Positions 1-7,821 of a stretch of 11,144 bases of DNA are shown piece by piece. The notes below the pieces were generated by a model. That model had not been told where the DNA came from. It searched no databases and saw only the letters and a program-made list of their open reading frames with translations. A program made the translations under genes and the position numbers. Location: the UHGV virus genome UHGV-0077918; one strand, 5' to 3'. How positions within the stretch are numbered: the stretch's first letter is position 1; each line of letters opens with the position of its first letter. The DNA comes from a virus.

Positions 1-20
1 TTTCTTCCATCCGTTTATAG

Positions 21-887
21 TCAGGAAGAAGGCGTTTCAGTGGTGCGGGGATACCGAAGCTTAACAGTAGCTGGGAGCCGGTCTATCAGGTCACATTCCC
101 GGATGGCTCCACGGATGTACTGAGCCAGGAGGATATCTGGCATGTGCGCACGCTGACGCTGGACGGACTGGTGGGGCTGAATCCCATCGCCTATGCCCGC
201 GAGGCAATATCGCTGGCGGCAGCGACCGAAGAGCACGGGGCCAGACTGTTCAGCAATGGCGCGGTGACGTCGGGTGTGTTGCGTACAGAGCAGACGCTGT
301 CAGATCAGGCTTACGAGCGCCTGAAGAAAGATTTTGAGGAGCGTCACACCGGGCTTGGCAATGCTCACCGCCCGATGATCCTTGAGATGGGGCTGGACTG
401 GAAGTCGATGGCGCTGAACGCCGAGGACAGCCAGTTCCTGGAAACCCGCAAGTTTCAGCTTGAAGAAATCTGTCGTCTGTTCCGGGTGCCGTTGCACATG
501 GTGCAGAACACCGATCGCGCCACCTTCAACAATATCGAAGAGCTGGGGCTGGGATTTATCAACTATTCACTGGTGCCGTATCTGACCCGCATCGAACAGC
601 GGATCAACACCGGACTGGTACGAAAAAGTAAGCAGGGCGTTTATTACGCCAAATTTAACGCCGGGGCGTTACTGCGCGGGGATATGAAGTCCCGTTTTGA
701 AGCCTACGCCACCGGGATCAACTGGGGAATTTACTCTCCCAATGACTGCCGCGACCTGGAAGATATGAATCCGCGTCCCGGTGGTGATGTCTATCTCACA
801 CCGATGAACATGACCACGAAACCCTCCGATGGCAGTAAAGCCGGTAAGCAGAAGGATAACGCCAATGCAGACGAAACAACGTCTTGA
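21..887 (+). CDS. Portal protein, HK97 family, C-terminal portion; 5' end disrupted or truncated
   Basis: Frame 3 is open from nt 21 (after an in-frame TAG at 18-20) to TGA at 885-887. The translation (..VYQVTFPDGSTDVLSQEDIWHVRTLTLDGLVGLNPIAYAREAISLA..FRVPLHMV..GDVYLTPMNM) matches my recollection of HK97-family portals. At most 289 aa are encoded, versus roughly 400 aa for this family. Confidence 0.75.
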   Translation, partial: SGRRRFSGAGIPKLNSSWEPVYQVTFPDGSTDVLSQEDIWHVRTLTLDGLVGLNPIAYAREAISLAAATEEHGARLFSNGAVTSGVLRTEQTLSDQAYERLKKDFEERHTGLGNAHRPMILEMGLDWKSMALNAEDSQFLETRKFQLEEICRLFRVPLHMVQNTDRATFNNIEELGLGFINYSLVPYLTRIEQRINTGLVRKSKQGVYYAKFNAGALLRGDMKSRFEAYATGINWGIYSPNDCRDLEDMNPRPGGDVYLTPMNMTTKPSDGSKAGKQKDNANADETTS

Positions 888-1515
888 TGTACCGCTGAGT
901 CTGAAATCTGTCAGTGACTCCGGTGAGTTTGAAGGGTATGGCTCCGTCTTTGGTGTAAAGGACAGTCACGATGATGTGGTGATGTCCGGGGCATTTGCTG
1001 CTTCCCTGCGGGCGTGGAGTGACAGAAAAGCGTTACCTGCGCTGCTCTGGCAGCACCGCATGGATGAACCCATCGGTGTTTACACCGAAATGAAGGAAGA
1101 CGATGTCGGGCTTTACGTCAGGGGACGGTTGCTTATTGATGATGATCCCCTCGCAAAACGCGCACATGCACACATGAAGGCCGGTTCGTTAACCGGCCTT
1201 TCTATTGGGTACGTCCTGAAAGACTGGGAATACGACCGGAGCAAAGAAGCCTTTCTGCTGAAAGAAATCGACCTCTGGGAAGTCAGCCTGGTGACGTTCC
1301 CGTCTAACGACGAGGCGCGGATCAGCGACGTCAAGAACGCACTGGCCCGCGGGGAAATCCCCGAACAGAAAAAAATCGAAAGAGTCCTGCGTGATGTCGG
1401 ACTCTCCCGTACCCAGGCCAAAGCATTCATGGCCGGGGGCTATGGCGCACTGTCCCTGCGCGACGCTGAGGATGTGGGCTCTGCACTGAATGCACTGAAA
1501 AATCTGAACTTCTAA
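865..1515 (+). CDS. Prohead maturation protease, HK97 gp4 family
   Basis: Motif EFEGYGSVFGVKDSHDDVVMSGAF near the N-terminus is typical of HK97-type prohead proteases. ATG 865 is preferred over ATG 829 because GAAGGA at 851-856 sits 8 nt upstream. The gene overlaps the portal 3' end and stops at TAA 1513-1515. Confidence 0.85.
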   Translation: MQTKQRLDVPLSLKSVSDSGEFEGYGSVFGVKDSHDDVVMSGAFAASLRAWSDRKALPALLWQHRMDEPIGVYTEMKEDDVGLYVRGRLLIDDDPLAKRAHAHMKAGSLTGLSIGYVLKDWEYDRSKEAFLLKEIDLWEVSLVTFPSNDEARISDVKNALARGEIPEQKKIERVLRDVGLSRTQAKAFMAGGYGALSLRDAEDVGSALNALKNLNF

Positions 1516-1529
1516 TCAGGAGAAATACG

Positions 1530-2735
1530 ATGGCGGTTGATATTAAAGATGTCGAACAGGTCGCGCAGGAGCTGCAGCAGAAGTTTGACGACTTCAAAGC
1601 AAAGAACGACAAGCGCGTGGATGCGATTGAGCAGGAAAAAGGCAAGCTTGCCGGGCAGGTGGAAACCCTGAACGGGAAACTCAGCGAGCTGGAAAATCTC
1701 AAAAGCGACCTTGAAAAAGAGCTGCTTGAGCTGAAACGTCCGGCAGGTGGTGCGCAAAATAAACTGGCCACCGAGCATAAAGAAGCGTTTGTGGGCTTCC
1801 TGCGTAAAGGCCGTGAAGACGGTCTGCGCGATCTGGAGCGTAAGGCATTGCAGGTGGGTACCGATGAAGACGGTGGCTACGCCGTGCCGGAAGAACTGGA
1901 TCGCAACATTCTTAACCTGCTGAAAGATGAAGTGGTGATGCGTCAGGAAGCCACGGTGATCACCGTTGGCGGTTCCGACTACAAAAAACTGGTGAATCTG
2001 GGCGGTACGGCTTCCGGATGGGTGGGGGAAACGGATACGCGATCCCAGACTGCCACCTCCAGACTGGAGCTGATTGAACCTCTCATGGGGGAAATCTACG
2101 GCAACCCGCAGGCTACCCAGAAAATGCTGGACGATGCCTTCTTCAACGTGGAGGCCTGGATCAACAGCGAGCTGGCAACCGAATTTGCCGAACAGGAAGA
2201 AATTGCCTTTACCTCCGGCGATGGCACCAAGAAGCCGAAAGGGTTCCTGGCGTATGAATCCACTGATGAAACCGACAAGGTCCGGGCGTTCGGCAAACTT
2301 CAGCATATTGTATCCGGCGAAGCGACCGCGGTGACCGCAGACGCCATTATCAAACTGATTTACACGCTGCGTAAGGCACACCGCACTGGCGCGAAGTTCA
2401 TGATGAACAACAACAGCCTGTTTGCCATCCGTCTGCTGAAAGACACCGAGGGTAACTATCTGTGGCGTCCGGGGCTGGAACTGGGGCAGCCGTCCTCTCT
2501 GGCGGGTTACGGTATCGCTGAAAACGAACAGATGCCGGATATCGCCGCTGATGCGAAAGCCATTGCATTTGGTAACTTCAAACGGGGTTACACCATCGTT
2601 GACCGTATCGGCACCCGCATTCTGCGTGACCCGTACACCAATAAACCGTTTGTCGGTTTTTATACCACCAAGCGCACCGGCGGGATGCTGGTCGATTCGC
2701 AGGCCATCAAACTGCTGAAGATTGCAGCGGCGTAA
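1530..2735 (+). CDS. Major capsid protein, HK97 fold, with N-terminal coiled-coil delta (scaffold) domain
   Basis: 401 aa; AGGAG at 1518-1522 sits 7 nt before the ATG. The first ~100 aa are charged and heptad-like (AQELQQKFDDFKAKNDKRVDAIEQEKGKLAGQVETLNGKLSELENLKSDLEKELLELK), followed by DEDGGYAVPEEL, the GGYxVP motif that follows the delta domain in HK97-like capsids. Confidence 0.9.
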   Translation: MAVDIKDVEQVAQELQQKFDDFKAKNDKRVDAIEQEKGKLAGQVETLNGKLSELENLKSDLEKELLELKRPAGGAQNKLATEHKEAFVGFLRKGREDGLRDLERKALQVGTDEDGGYAVPEELDRNILNLLKDEVVMRQEATVITVGGSDYKKLVNLGGTASGWVGETDTRSQTATSRLELIEPLMGEIYGNPQATQKMLDDAFFNVEAWINSELATEFAEQEEIAFTSGDGTKKPKGFLAYESTDETDKVRAFGKLQHIVSGEATAVTADAIIKLIYTLRKAHRTGAKFMMNNNSLFAIRLLKDTEGNYLWRPGLELGQPSSLAGYGIAENEQMPDIAADAKAIAFGNFKRGYTIVDRIGTRILRDPYTNKPFVGFYTTKRTGGMLVDSQAIKLLKIAAA

Positions 2736-2741
2736 TCACTC

Positions 2742-2769
2742 AGGGGCGCGGAACCGCGCCCCCTGTTCT
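2742..2769 (+). terminator. Putative intrinsic terminator or attenuator hairpin downstream of the capsid gene
   Basis: Perfect GC-rich inverted repeat AGGGGCGCGG / CCGCGCCCCT at 2742-2763, followed by GTTCTG. The U-tract is weak, so this may be a partial attenuator or an RNA-stabilising hairpin. Confidence 0.4.
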
Positions 2770-2784
2770 GACGGGTGAAGAATC

Positions 2785-2985
2785 ATGATCCTGAAACAAG
2801 ATCTGAAATGGTCACCGGACGGTATGCGTGTTGAGGTCATTCGGGCCGGTGAGTATGACGACGGGGCGCTTCCTGCCCGGGTGCAGGAGATTGCACTTCA
2901 GGCCGGGTTAGCAGAGCGCGGAATCAGTGCAAAAAGCAGTAAAGCGGCAAAAGAGAAAAAAGCCACGACCAGTAAAGAGGGCTGA
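2785..2985 (+). CDS. Hypothetical small protein (66 aa) between the capsid and connector genes
   Basis: ORF on the operon strand filling the capsid-to-gp6 gap; its stop (2983-2985) lies 2 nt before the next ATG. No family recognised; the RBS is weak. Confidence 0.45.
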   Translation: MILKQDLKWSPDGMRVEVIRAGEYDDGALPARVQEIALQAGLAERGISAKSSKAAKEKKATTSKEG

Positions 2986-2987
2986 GT

Positions 2988-3311
2988 ATGCTTCTGACAA
3001 TGGAAGAGATTAAAGCCCAACTCCGGCTGGATGAGGATTTCGATACTGATGACCGCCATCTGCAACTGCTGGCCTGTGCGGCACAAAAGCGGACGGAAAC
3101 GTATCTGAACCGGAAGCTCTATGCACCGGATGAAACCATTCCGGACAGCGATCCGGACGGGCTGCACCTGCCGGATGATATTCGTCTGGGGATGCTGATG
3201 CTTATCAGCCATTTTTACGAAAACCGCTCGTCGGTTACGGAAGTGGAGAAACTCGACATGCCGCAGAGTTTTGGCTGGCTTGTCGGCCCGTACAGGTACT
3301 TTCCGCAATGA
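2988..3311 (+). CDS. Head-tail connector protein, gp6-like (DNA-packaging / head-tail adaptor family)
   Basis: 107 aa; N-terminus MLLTMEEIKAQLRLDEDFDTDD..LQLL fits the gp6-like connector pattern. AGAGGG lies upstream of the ATG; position after the capsid is as expected. Confidence 0.7.
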   Translation: MLLTMEEIKAQLRLDEDFDTDDRHLQLLACAAQKRTETYLNRKLYAPDETIPDSDPDGLHLPDDIRLGMLMLISHFYENRSSVTEVEKLDMPQSFGWLVGPYRYFPQ

Positions 3312-3718
3312 AAATTCGTCAGGCGCAGACCAGCGCAACCTACATTCTGCCGGACCCCGGTGAACTGAATAAACGCGTCCTGATCCGCCAGCGGGTGGAT
3401 ATGCCCGCGGATAACTTTGGCATGGAGCCTCAATACCCGGTTACGTTCCGGACATGGGCGAAGGTTATCCAGACCAGTGCCACCACCTGGCAGGAAACCG
3501 CGCAGACCGGGGACGCCATCACCCATTACATCACCATTCGTTACCGCCGGGGGATCACCGCTGATTATGAGGTGGTCTGCGGTGACAGTGTGTACCGGGT
3601 GAAACGTCAGCGCGATCTGAACGGGGCGCGGCGCTTTCTGCTGCTGGAGTGTACGGAGCTGGGCGAATGTAGGCAGAGTCACGGAGGCAACAATGACGAC
3701 TTCCTTTTTGCACGTTGA
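3308..3718 (+). CDS. Head closure / head-tail joining protein, HK97 gp7-like
   Basis: 136 aa; ATGA overlap with the gp6-like stop indicates translational coupling. Size and position fit a head closure protein; the C-terminal ~25 aa overlap the next gene. Confidence 0.65.
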   Translation: MKIRQAQTSATYILPDPGELNKRVLIRQRVDMPADNFGMEPQYPVTFRTWAKVIQTSATTWQETAQTGDAITHYITIRYRRGITADYEVVCGDSVYRVKRQRDLNGARRFLLLECTELGECRQSHGGNNDDFLFAR

Positions 3719-4199
3719 TTTTCAGCAGCCCGCGGAGATGCGCTTTAACCGCGCCCGTGTCCGGCGGGCGTTTGTCACGATTGGTCAGCGTCATATGCGT
3801 GATGCCCGTCGGCTGGTGATGCGCCGTGCGCGGTCGGCACCGGGTGAAAACCCCGGTTATCAGACCGGACGCCTGGCTCGTTCGATTGGTTATATGGTGC
3901 CGAGAGCCAGTAAAAAGCGAGCCGGTTTTATGACACGCATTGCCCCTAACCAGCGCAACGGGAGGGGGAACCGGATGATCTCTGGTGACTTCTATCCGGC
4001 GTTTCTGTTTTTTGGTGTCCGGGGAGGAGCAAAACGTCGTCGTAGTCATCATCGTGGTGCATCCGGTGGCAGCGGCTGGCGACTGGCTCCACGTAATAAC
4101 TTCATGGTGGAAACGCTTGAAAAGAACCGCAGCTGGACACGCTATTTTCTGGCGCGGGAATTGCGTAAATCACTGAAGCCGGAGCGACGACACAGATGA
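3693..4199 (+). CDS. HK97 gp10-family neck / tail-component protein
   Basis: 168 aa, basic; GGAGG precedes the ATG. Contains a PGENPGYQTGRLARSI segment resembling the gp10-family signature; ATGA overlap with the next gene. Confidence 0.65.
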   Translation: MTTSFLHVDFQQPAEMRFNRARVRRAFVTIGQRHMRDARRLVMRRARSAPGENPGYQTGRLARSIGYMVPRASKKRAGFMTRIAPNQRNGRGNRMISGDFYPAFLFFGVRGGAKRRRSHHRGASGGSGWRLAPRNNFMVETLEKNRSWTRYFLARELRKSLKPERRHR

Positions 4200-4756
4200 A
4201 ACTGACGCCTGTTATTGCTGCACTGCGTGCCCGCTGTCCGTATTTTGAAAACCGGGTTGCAGGCGCGGCCCAGTTCAAAAATCTGCCGGAGGTCGGAAAG
4301 CTGAGACTCCCGGCGGCGTATGTGGTACCGGGTGATGACTCTCCGGGAGAAAACAAAAGCCAGACCGACTACTGGCAGGAGCTGAAAGAGGGCTTCTCCG
4401 TGGTTGTCATACTGAGTAACGGGCGTGATGAGCGCGGTCAGTTTGCCTCGTATGATGTGGTGGACGATGTCCGGCAGATGCTCTTTAAGGCTCTGCTGGG
4501 CTGGAACCCGGAGGCGTGCGGTAACCCGATTACCTATGACGGCGGCACGCTGCTGGATCTGAATCGTCATGAGCTGATTTATCAGTTCGATTTTTCGGTC
4601 ATCAGCGAGCTGACCGAAGACGATACCCGCCAGCAGGATGACCTGAACAGTCTGGATGAACTGCAAACGCTGGCGATTGATGTTGATTATCTCGATCCCG
4701 GTAACGGGCCTGACGGCGATATCGAACATCACACCGAAATAACCCTTCCTTCCTGA
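4196..4756 (+). CDS. Tail terminator / tail completion-like protein (gpU-like pattern) with acidic C-terminal extension
   Basis: 186 aa; residue pattern (M.L..V..AL..., LP..YVVPG, DYWQEL, FSVVVIL, WNP) resembles tail terminator proteins. Assignment is by pattern and position only. Confidence 0.5.
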   Translation: MKLTPVIAALRARCPYFENRVAGAAQFKNLPEVGKLRLPAAYVVPGDDSPGENKSQTDYWQELKEGFSVVVILSNGRDERGQFASYDVVDDVRQMLFKALLGWNPEACGNPITYDGGTLLDLNRHELIYQFDFSVISELTEDDTRQQDDLNSLDELQTLAIDVDYLDPGNGPDGDIEHHTEITLPS

Positions 4757-4764
4757 GGATCCTC

Positions 4765-4935
4765 ATGTTTGTCAAACCTGTTAAAGGGCGGTCAGTTCCT
4801 GACCCTGCCCGCGGCGACCTTTTGCCCGCCGAAGGGCGAAATGTTGACGAGAACAACTACTGGCTGCGCCGTGAAGCAGCGGGTGATATCCGGCGCGTGA
4901 ATAAAAAGGTGAACACCGATGACGATAAGCTTTAA
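4765..4935 (+). CDS. Small hypothetical protein (56 aa), not in the supplied ORF track
   Basis: My own translation: ATG 4765, MFVKPVKGRSVPDPARGDLLPAEGRNVDENNYWLRREAAGDIRRVNKKVNTDDDKL, TAA 4933-4935. GAGGA at 4755-4759 sits 5 nt upstream; the 3' end overlaps the next gene by 17 nt. Confidence 0.4.
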   Translation: MFVKPVKGRSVPDPARGDLLPAEGRNVDENNYWLRREAAGDIRRVNKKVNTDDDKL

Positions 4936-6202
4936 CACCATTCCGTCGAATACGCTGGTTCCGCTGTTTTATGCGGAAATGGATAACCAGGCGGCGAATA
5001 CCGAAGATCTGGGAAAAGTCACTTTCCGCCCGTCCATCACAGCTTATGTGGTGGGAGATGACTGCTTTGACCAGCGCGATCGCCTGATTGACGCGCTGAA
5101 TAAACCCGGTCCCGGCACGCTTGTCCATCCGACTTACGGTGAGCTGAAAGTCTGTGTTGACGGGGAAGTTCGGGTCAGCACATCGAAGAGTGAAGGACGT
5201 ATTGTCCGCTTTGACCTGAAGTTTGTCGAAGCAGGAGAACTCTCTTACCCCACATCAGGTGCGGCGACGGCGCAGGCGCTGATGTCATCCTGTTCTGCAC
5301 TGGATGACTGCATCAGTGACAGCTTCAGCGGTTTCAGTATCGATGGCGTGGCGGATTTTGTGCAGAACGACGTCGTCGGTAATGCCAGCACAATGCTTGG
5401 GTATGTTTCTGATGCGATGAAAGTGGTGGATTCTGCCGTATCGGATGCCGCCAGGCTGTTGCAGGGGGATATCTCGGTACTTCTGCCGCCGCCATCGTCA
5501 GGCAAAAATTTCGTTGAGCAGGTGCAGAAAATGTGGCGTACCGGGAAACGCCTTTATGGTAACGCCAGCGACCTGGTCACCATGATCAAAACGCTTTCCG
5601 GTGTCAGCCTCGGCAGCGATCTGCAACCGCGCGGCGTCTGGAAAACGGACAGTAAAACCACCGCCACGGCGACGCAGCAGCGTAACGTGGTTGCCAGCAC
5701 CCTTCGTACGACCGCAATCAGCGAAGCGGCGTATGCCGTCATCCGATTGCCTGCGCCAACAACTTCCGCGGTGATGCAGAATGCCGCAGTGGGGCAGTCA
5801 ACAACACCCGCGCAGAGCACCGGCTGGCCTTCCGTCACGCATCCGGCACTGAACAATGCACCGGCGGTGAAAAACACGGTTGACCTGCCAACGTGGGAAG
5901 AACTGACCGACATTCGCGACACACTGAATACGGCAATTGATAAGGAGTTGTCCCGTACAACCAGTGATGCGCTGTTTCTGGCGCTGCGCCGGGTGAAAGC
6001 AGATCTGAATGCGGATATCAACACGCGCCTTGAACAGTCTGCACGGATCATTCAGCGCACGCCGGATGAGGTTTTACCCGCGCTGGTGCTGGCGGCGACC
6101 TGGTTTGATAACGCGGCGCGTGACGCGGACATTATCCGGCGTAATGCCATTACGCATCCCGGCTTTGTGCCGGTGATCCCTCTGAAGGTGCCAGTGCAAT
6201 GA
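4919..6202 (+). CDS. DNA circularisation protein N-domain family (Mu gpN / gp43-like) tail protein; N-terminal ~28 aa possibly derived from a tail sheath gene
   Basis: 427 aa. EDLGK..VVGDDCFDQRDRLIDALNKPGPGTLVHPTYG matches my recollection of the DNA_circ_N domain, and the gene sits immediately upstream of the gpP/gp45/gp46/gp47/gp48 array as in Mu. The first residues (MTISFNTIPSNTLVPLFYAEMDN) look more like a Mu-type sheath N-terminus. Confidence 0.6.
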   Translation: MTISFNTIPSNTLVPLFYAEMDNQAANTEDLGKVTFRPSITAYVVGDDCFDQRDRLIDALNKPGPGTLVHPTYGELKVCVDGEVRVSTSKSEGRIVRFDLKFVEAGELSYPTSGAATAQALMSSCSALDDCISDSFSGFSIDGVADFVQNDVVGNASTMLGYVSDAMKVVDSAVSDAARLLQGDISVLLPPPSSGKNFVEQVQKMWRTGKRLYGNASDLVTMIKTLSGVSLGSDLQPRGVWKTDSKTTATATQQRNVVASTLRTTAISEAAYAVIRLPAPTTSAVMQNAAVGQSTTPAQSTGWPSVTHPALNNAPAVKNTVDLPTWEELTDIRDTLNTAIDKELSRTTSDALFLALRRVKADLNADINTRLEQSARIIQRTPDEVLPALVLAATWFDNAARDADIIRRNAITHPGFVPVIPLKVPVQ

Positions 6203-7273
6203 ACGATAATGTCACGCTACGGGTAAATGGCCGGGAGTGGAATGGCTGGACATCGGTGCGCATCGGTGCCGGTATTGAACGGCTGGGATTTCAGCGTGGA
6301 GATCACCCGCCAGTGGCCGGGAGATGAGGGTATCACCACGCTTCAGCCGCGCATTAAAAATGGTTCAAAAGTGGAAGTGCTGATTGGTGATGAGCTGGTG
6401 ATCACCGGCTGGGTGGAGGCGACCCCCGTTCGTTACGATGCCCGTTCGGTCAGCACCGGTATTGCCGGACGTAGTCTGACTGCTGACCTGATTGACTGTG
6501 CAGCCGAACCGACACAGTTTAACGGACGATCGCTGGTACAGATTGCGCAGGCGCTTGCTGCGCCTTTCGGCATTGAGGTGGTGAACAGCGATGCGCCGTC
6601 GGGTGTTATTCCTGATGTCCAGCCTGATCACGGTGAAACGGTGATTGAGGTAATCAACAAAATACTCGGTCAGCAGCAGGCACTGGCTTACGACGACCCG
6701 CACGGCAGGCTGGTGATTGGCGGTATTGGCTCAACGCGGGCACATACCGCGCTGGTACTTGGGGAAAACATCCTTTCCTGCGATACGGAGAAGAGTATCC
6801 GGGAGCGGTTTTCTGTTTACCAGGTGGCGGGGCAGCGTGCCGGAAACGACGATGATTTCGGTGAGGCCACCACCACCGCGCTGCGGGCCCGCACAGAGGA
6901 CGCATTTATTGCCCGTTACCGTCCGATGTATATCAGGCAGACAGGGCAGGCCACGGGGGCAGGCTGTATTGCGCGTGCTGACTTTGAAGCCCGACAACGG
7001 GCGGCGCGGACGGATGAAACCACCTATGTGGTGCAGGGCTGGCGACAGGGTAACGGTACGCTGTGGCAGCCCAACCAGCGGGTGATTGTCTTCGATCCGG
7101 TCTGTGGTTTCGACAATACCGAACTGCTTGTTTCGGAAGTCACGTTTACTCAGGACCAGAACGGCACCCTGACGGAAATCCGTGTCGGCCCACCTGATGC
7201 TTATCTGCCTGAACCAGAAGCCCCCGGCGCGCGGAAAAAGAAAAAAGCCAGAGTACAGGAGGACCCGTTCTGA
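6199..7273 (+). CDS. Baseplate protein, Mu gpP (gp44)-like; reading frame apparently interrupted near nt 6285-6290
   Basis: ATG 6199 overlaps the upstream stop (ATGA) and frame 1 encodes MNDNVTLRVNGREWNGWTSVRIGAGIERL before a TGA at 6325-6327. The rest of the protein (DFSVEITRQWPGDEG.. to 7273) is in frame 2, which is closed upstream of 6227. Confidence 0.6.
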
Positions 7274-7821
7274 TGAGGACGATTGAAGCCATGCAGCGAC
7301 AACTCCTCGGCCTGATTGGGCGGGCCGTGGTGAAAAGCATCAGTGCCGCCACGAAATGTCAGACCGTGGATGTGTCCCTGATTGCCGGTGAACCCAAAGC
7401 CGGGGTTGAACATCTTGAACCCTACGGTTTTACCGCAAGGGCAAACAGCGGTGCGGAAGCGGTGGTGTTGTTTCCGGATGGCGACCGTTCTCATGCGGTG
7501 GTTGTTACGGTGTCGGACCGGCGCTACCGCCTGAAAGGGCTGCAGACGGGTGAGGTGGCTGTCTATGACGATCAGGGGCAGTCCGTGACGCTGACCCGGG
7601 AGGGGATCGTGGTGGACGGTGCAGGTAAAACGATCACGTTTCGCAATGCACCTGAAGCACGTTTTGAAATGGACCTGGAAGTGACCGGACAGGTGAAAGA
7701 CCTGTGCGACTCCGGCGGCACCACCATGTCAGCGATGCGGCTTGCCTATAACGGGCATCGTCACAGAGAGAACGGTCAGGGCAGTAACACCGACAAACCG
7801 GATAAAGCGATGGAGGCATGA
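7273..7821 (+). CDS. Baseplate spike / assembly protein, gpV-like (Mu gp45-like)
   Basis: 182 aa; TGATG overlap with the gpP-like stop. C-terminal CDSGGTT..HRH motif resembles the P2 gpV / Mu gp45 family. Confidence 0.7.
   Translation: MRTIEAMQRQLLGLIGRAVVKSISAATKCQTVDVSLIAGEPKAGVEHLEPYGFTARANSGAEAVVLFPDGDRSHAVVVTVSDRRYRLKGLQTGEVAVYDDQGQSVTLTREGIVVDGAGKTITFRNAPEARFEMDLEVTGQVKDLCDSGGTTMSAMRLAYNGHRHRENGQGSNTDKPDKAMEA

Noticed and set aside
829-864. ATG 829 as the start of the prohead protease
   Set aside because: It has no Shine-Dalgarno sequence and overlaps the portal gene more deeply, whereas ATG 865 has GAAGGA 8 nt upstream. The 5' extension is probably not translated.
1512-2381. 289-aa minus-strand ORF antisense to the major capsid gene
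   Set aside because: It lies entirely inside a + strand gene with clear HK97-capsid features, has no convincing RBS, and its low-complexity, Arg/Gly/Phe-rich translation is typical of an open antisense frame in GC-rich coding DNA.
4919-6202. Interpreting the 4919..6202 ORF as an intact tail sheath gene
   Set aside because: Only the first ~25 residues look sheath-like. The region from EDLGK onward (QRDRLIDALNKPGPGTLVHP) fits the gpN / DNA-circularisation N-domain, the protein is short for a sheath, and no tube or tape-measure gene follows.
6227-6290. ATG 6227 as the true start of the gpP-like gene, as implied by the ORF track
   Set aside because: The frame-2 N-terminus (MAGSGMAGHRCASVPVLNGW) is not protein-like, while frame 1 from the coupled ATG 6199 gives a plausible baseplate-protein N-terminus. 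A frameshifted gene starting at 6199 explains the data better.
7235-7246. A5-G-A6 homopolymeric tract near the 3' end of the gpP-like gene, as a possible slippage or phase-variation site
   Set aside because: It simply encodes the KKKK of a basic C-terminal tail ~10 codons before the stop. Any slippage would alter only the last few residues, and there is no downstream structure or alternative ORF to suggest programmed recoding.
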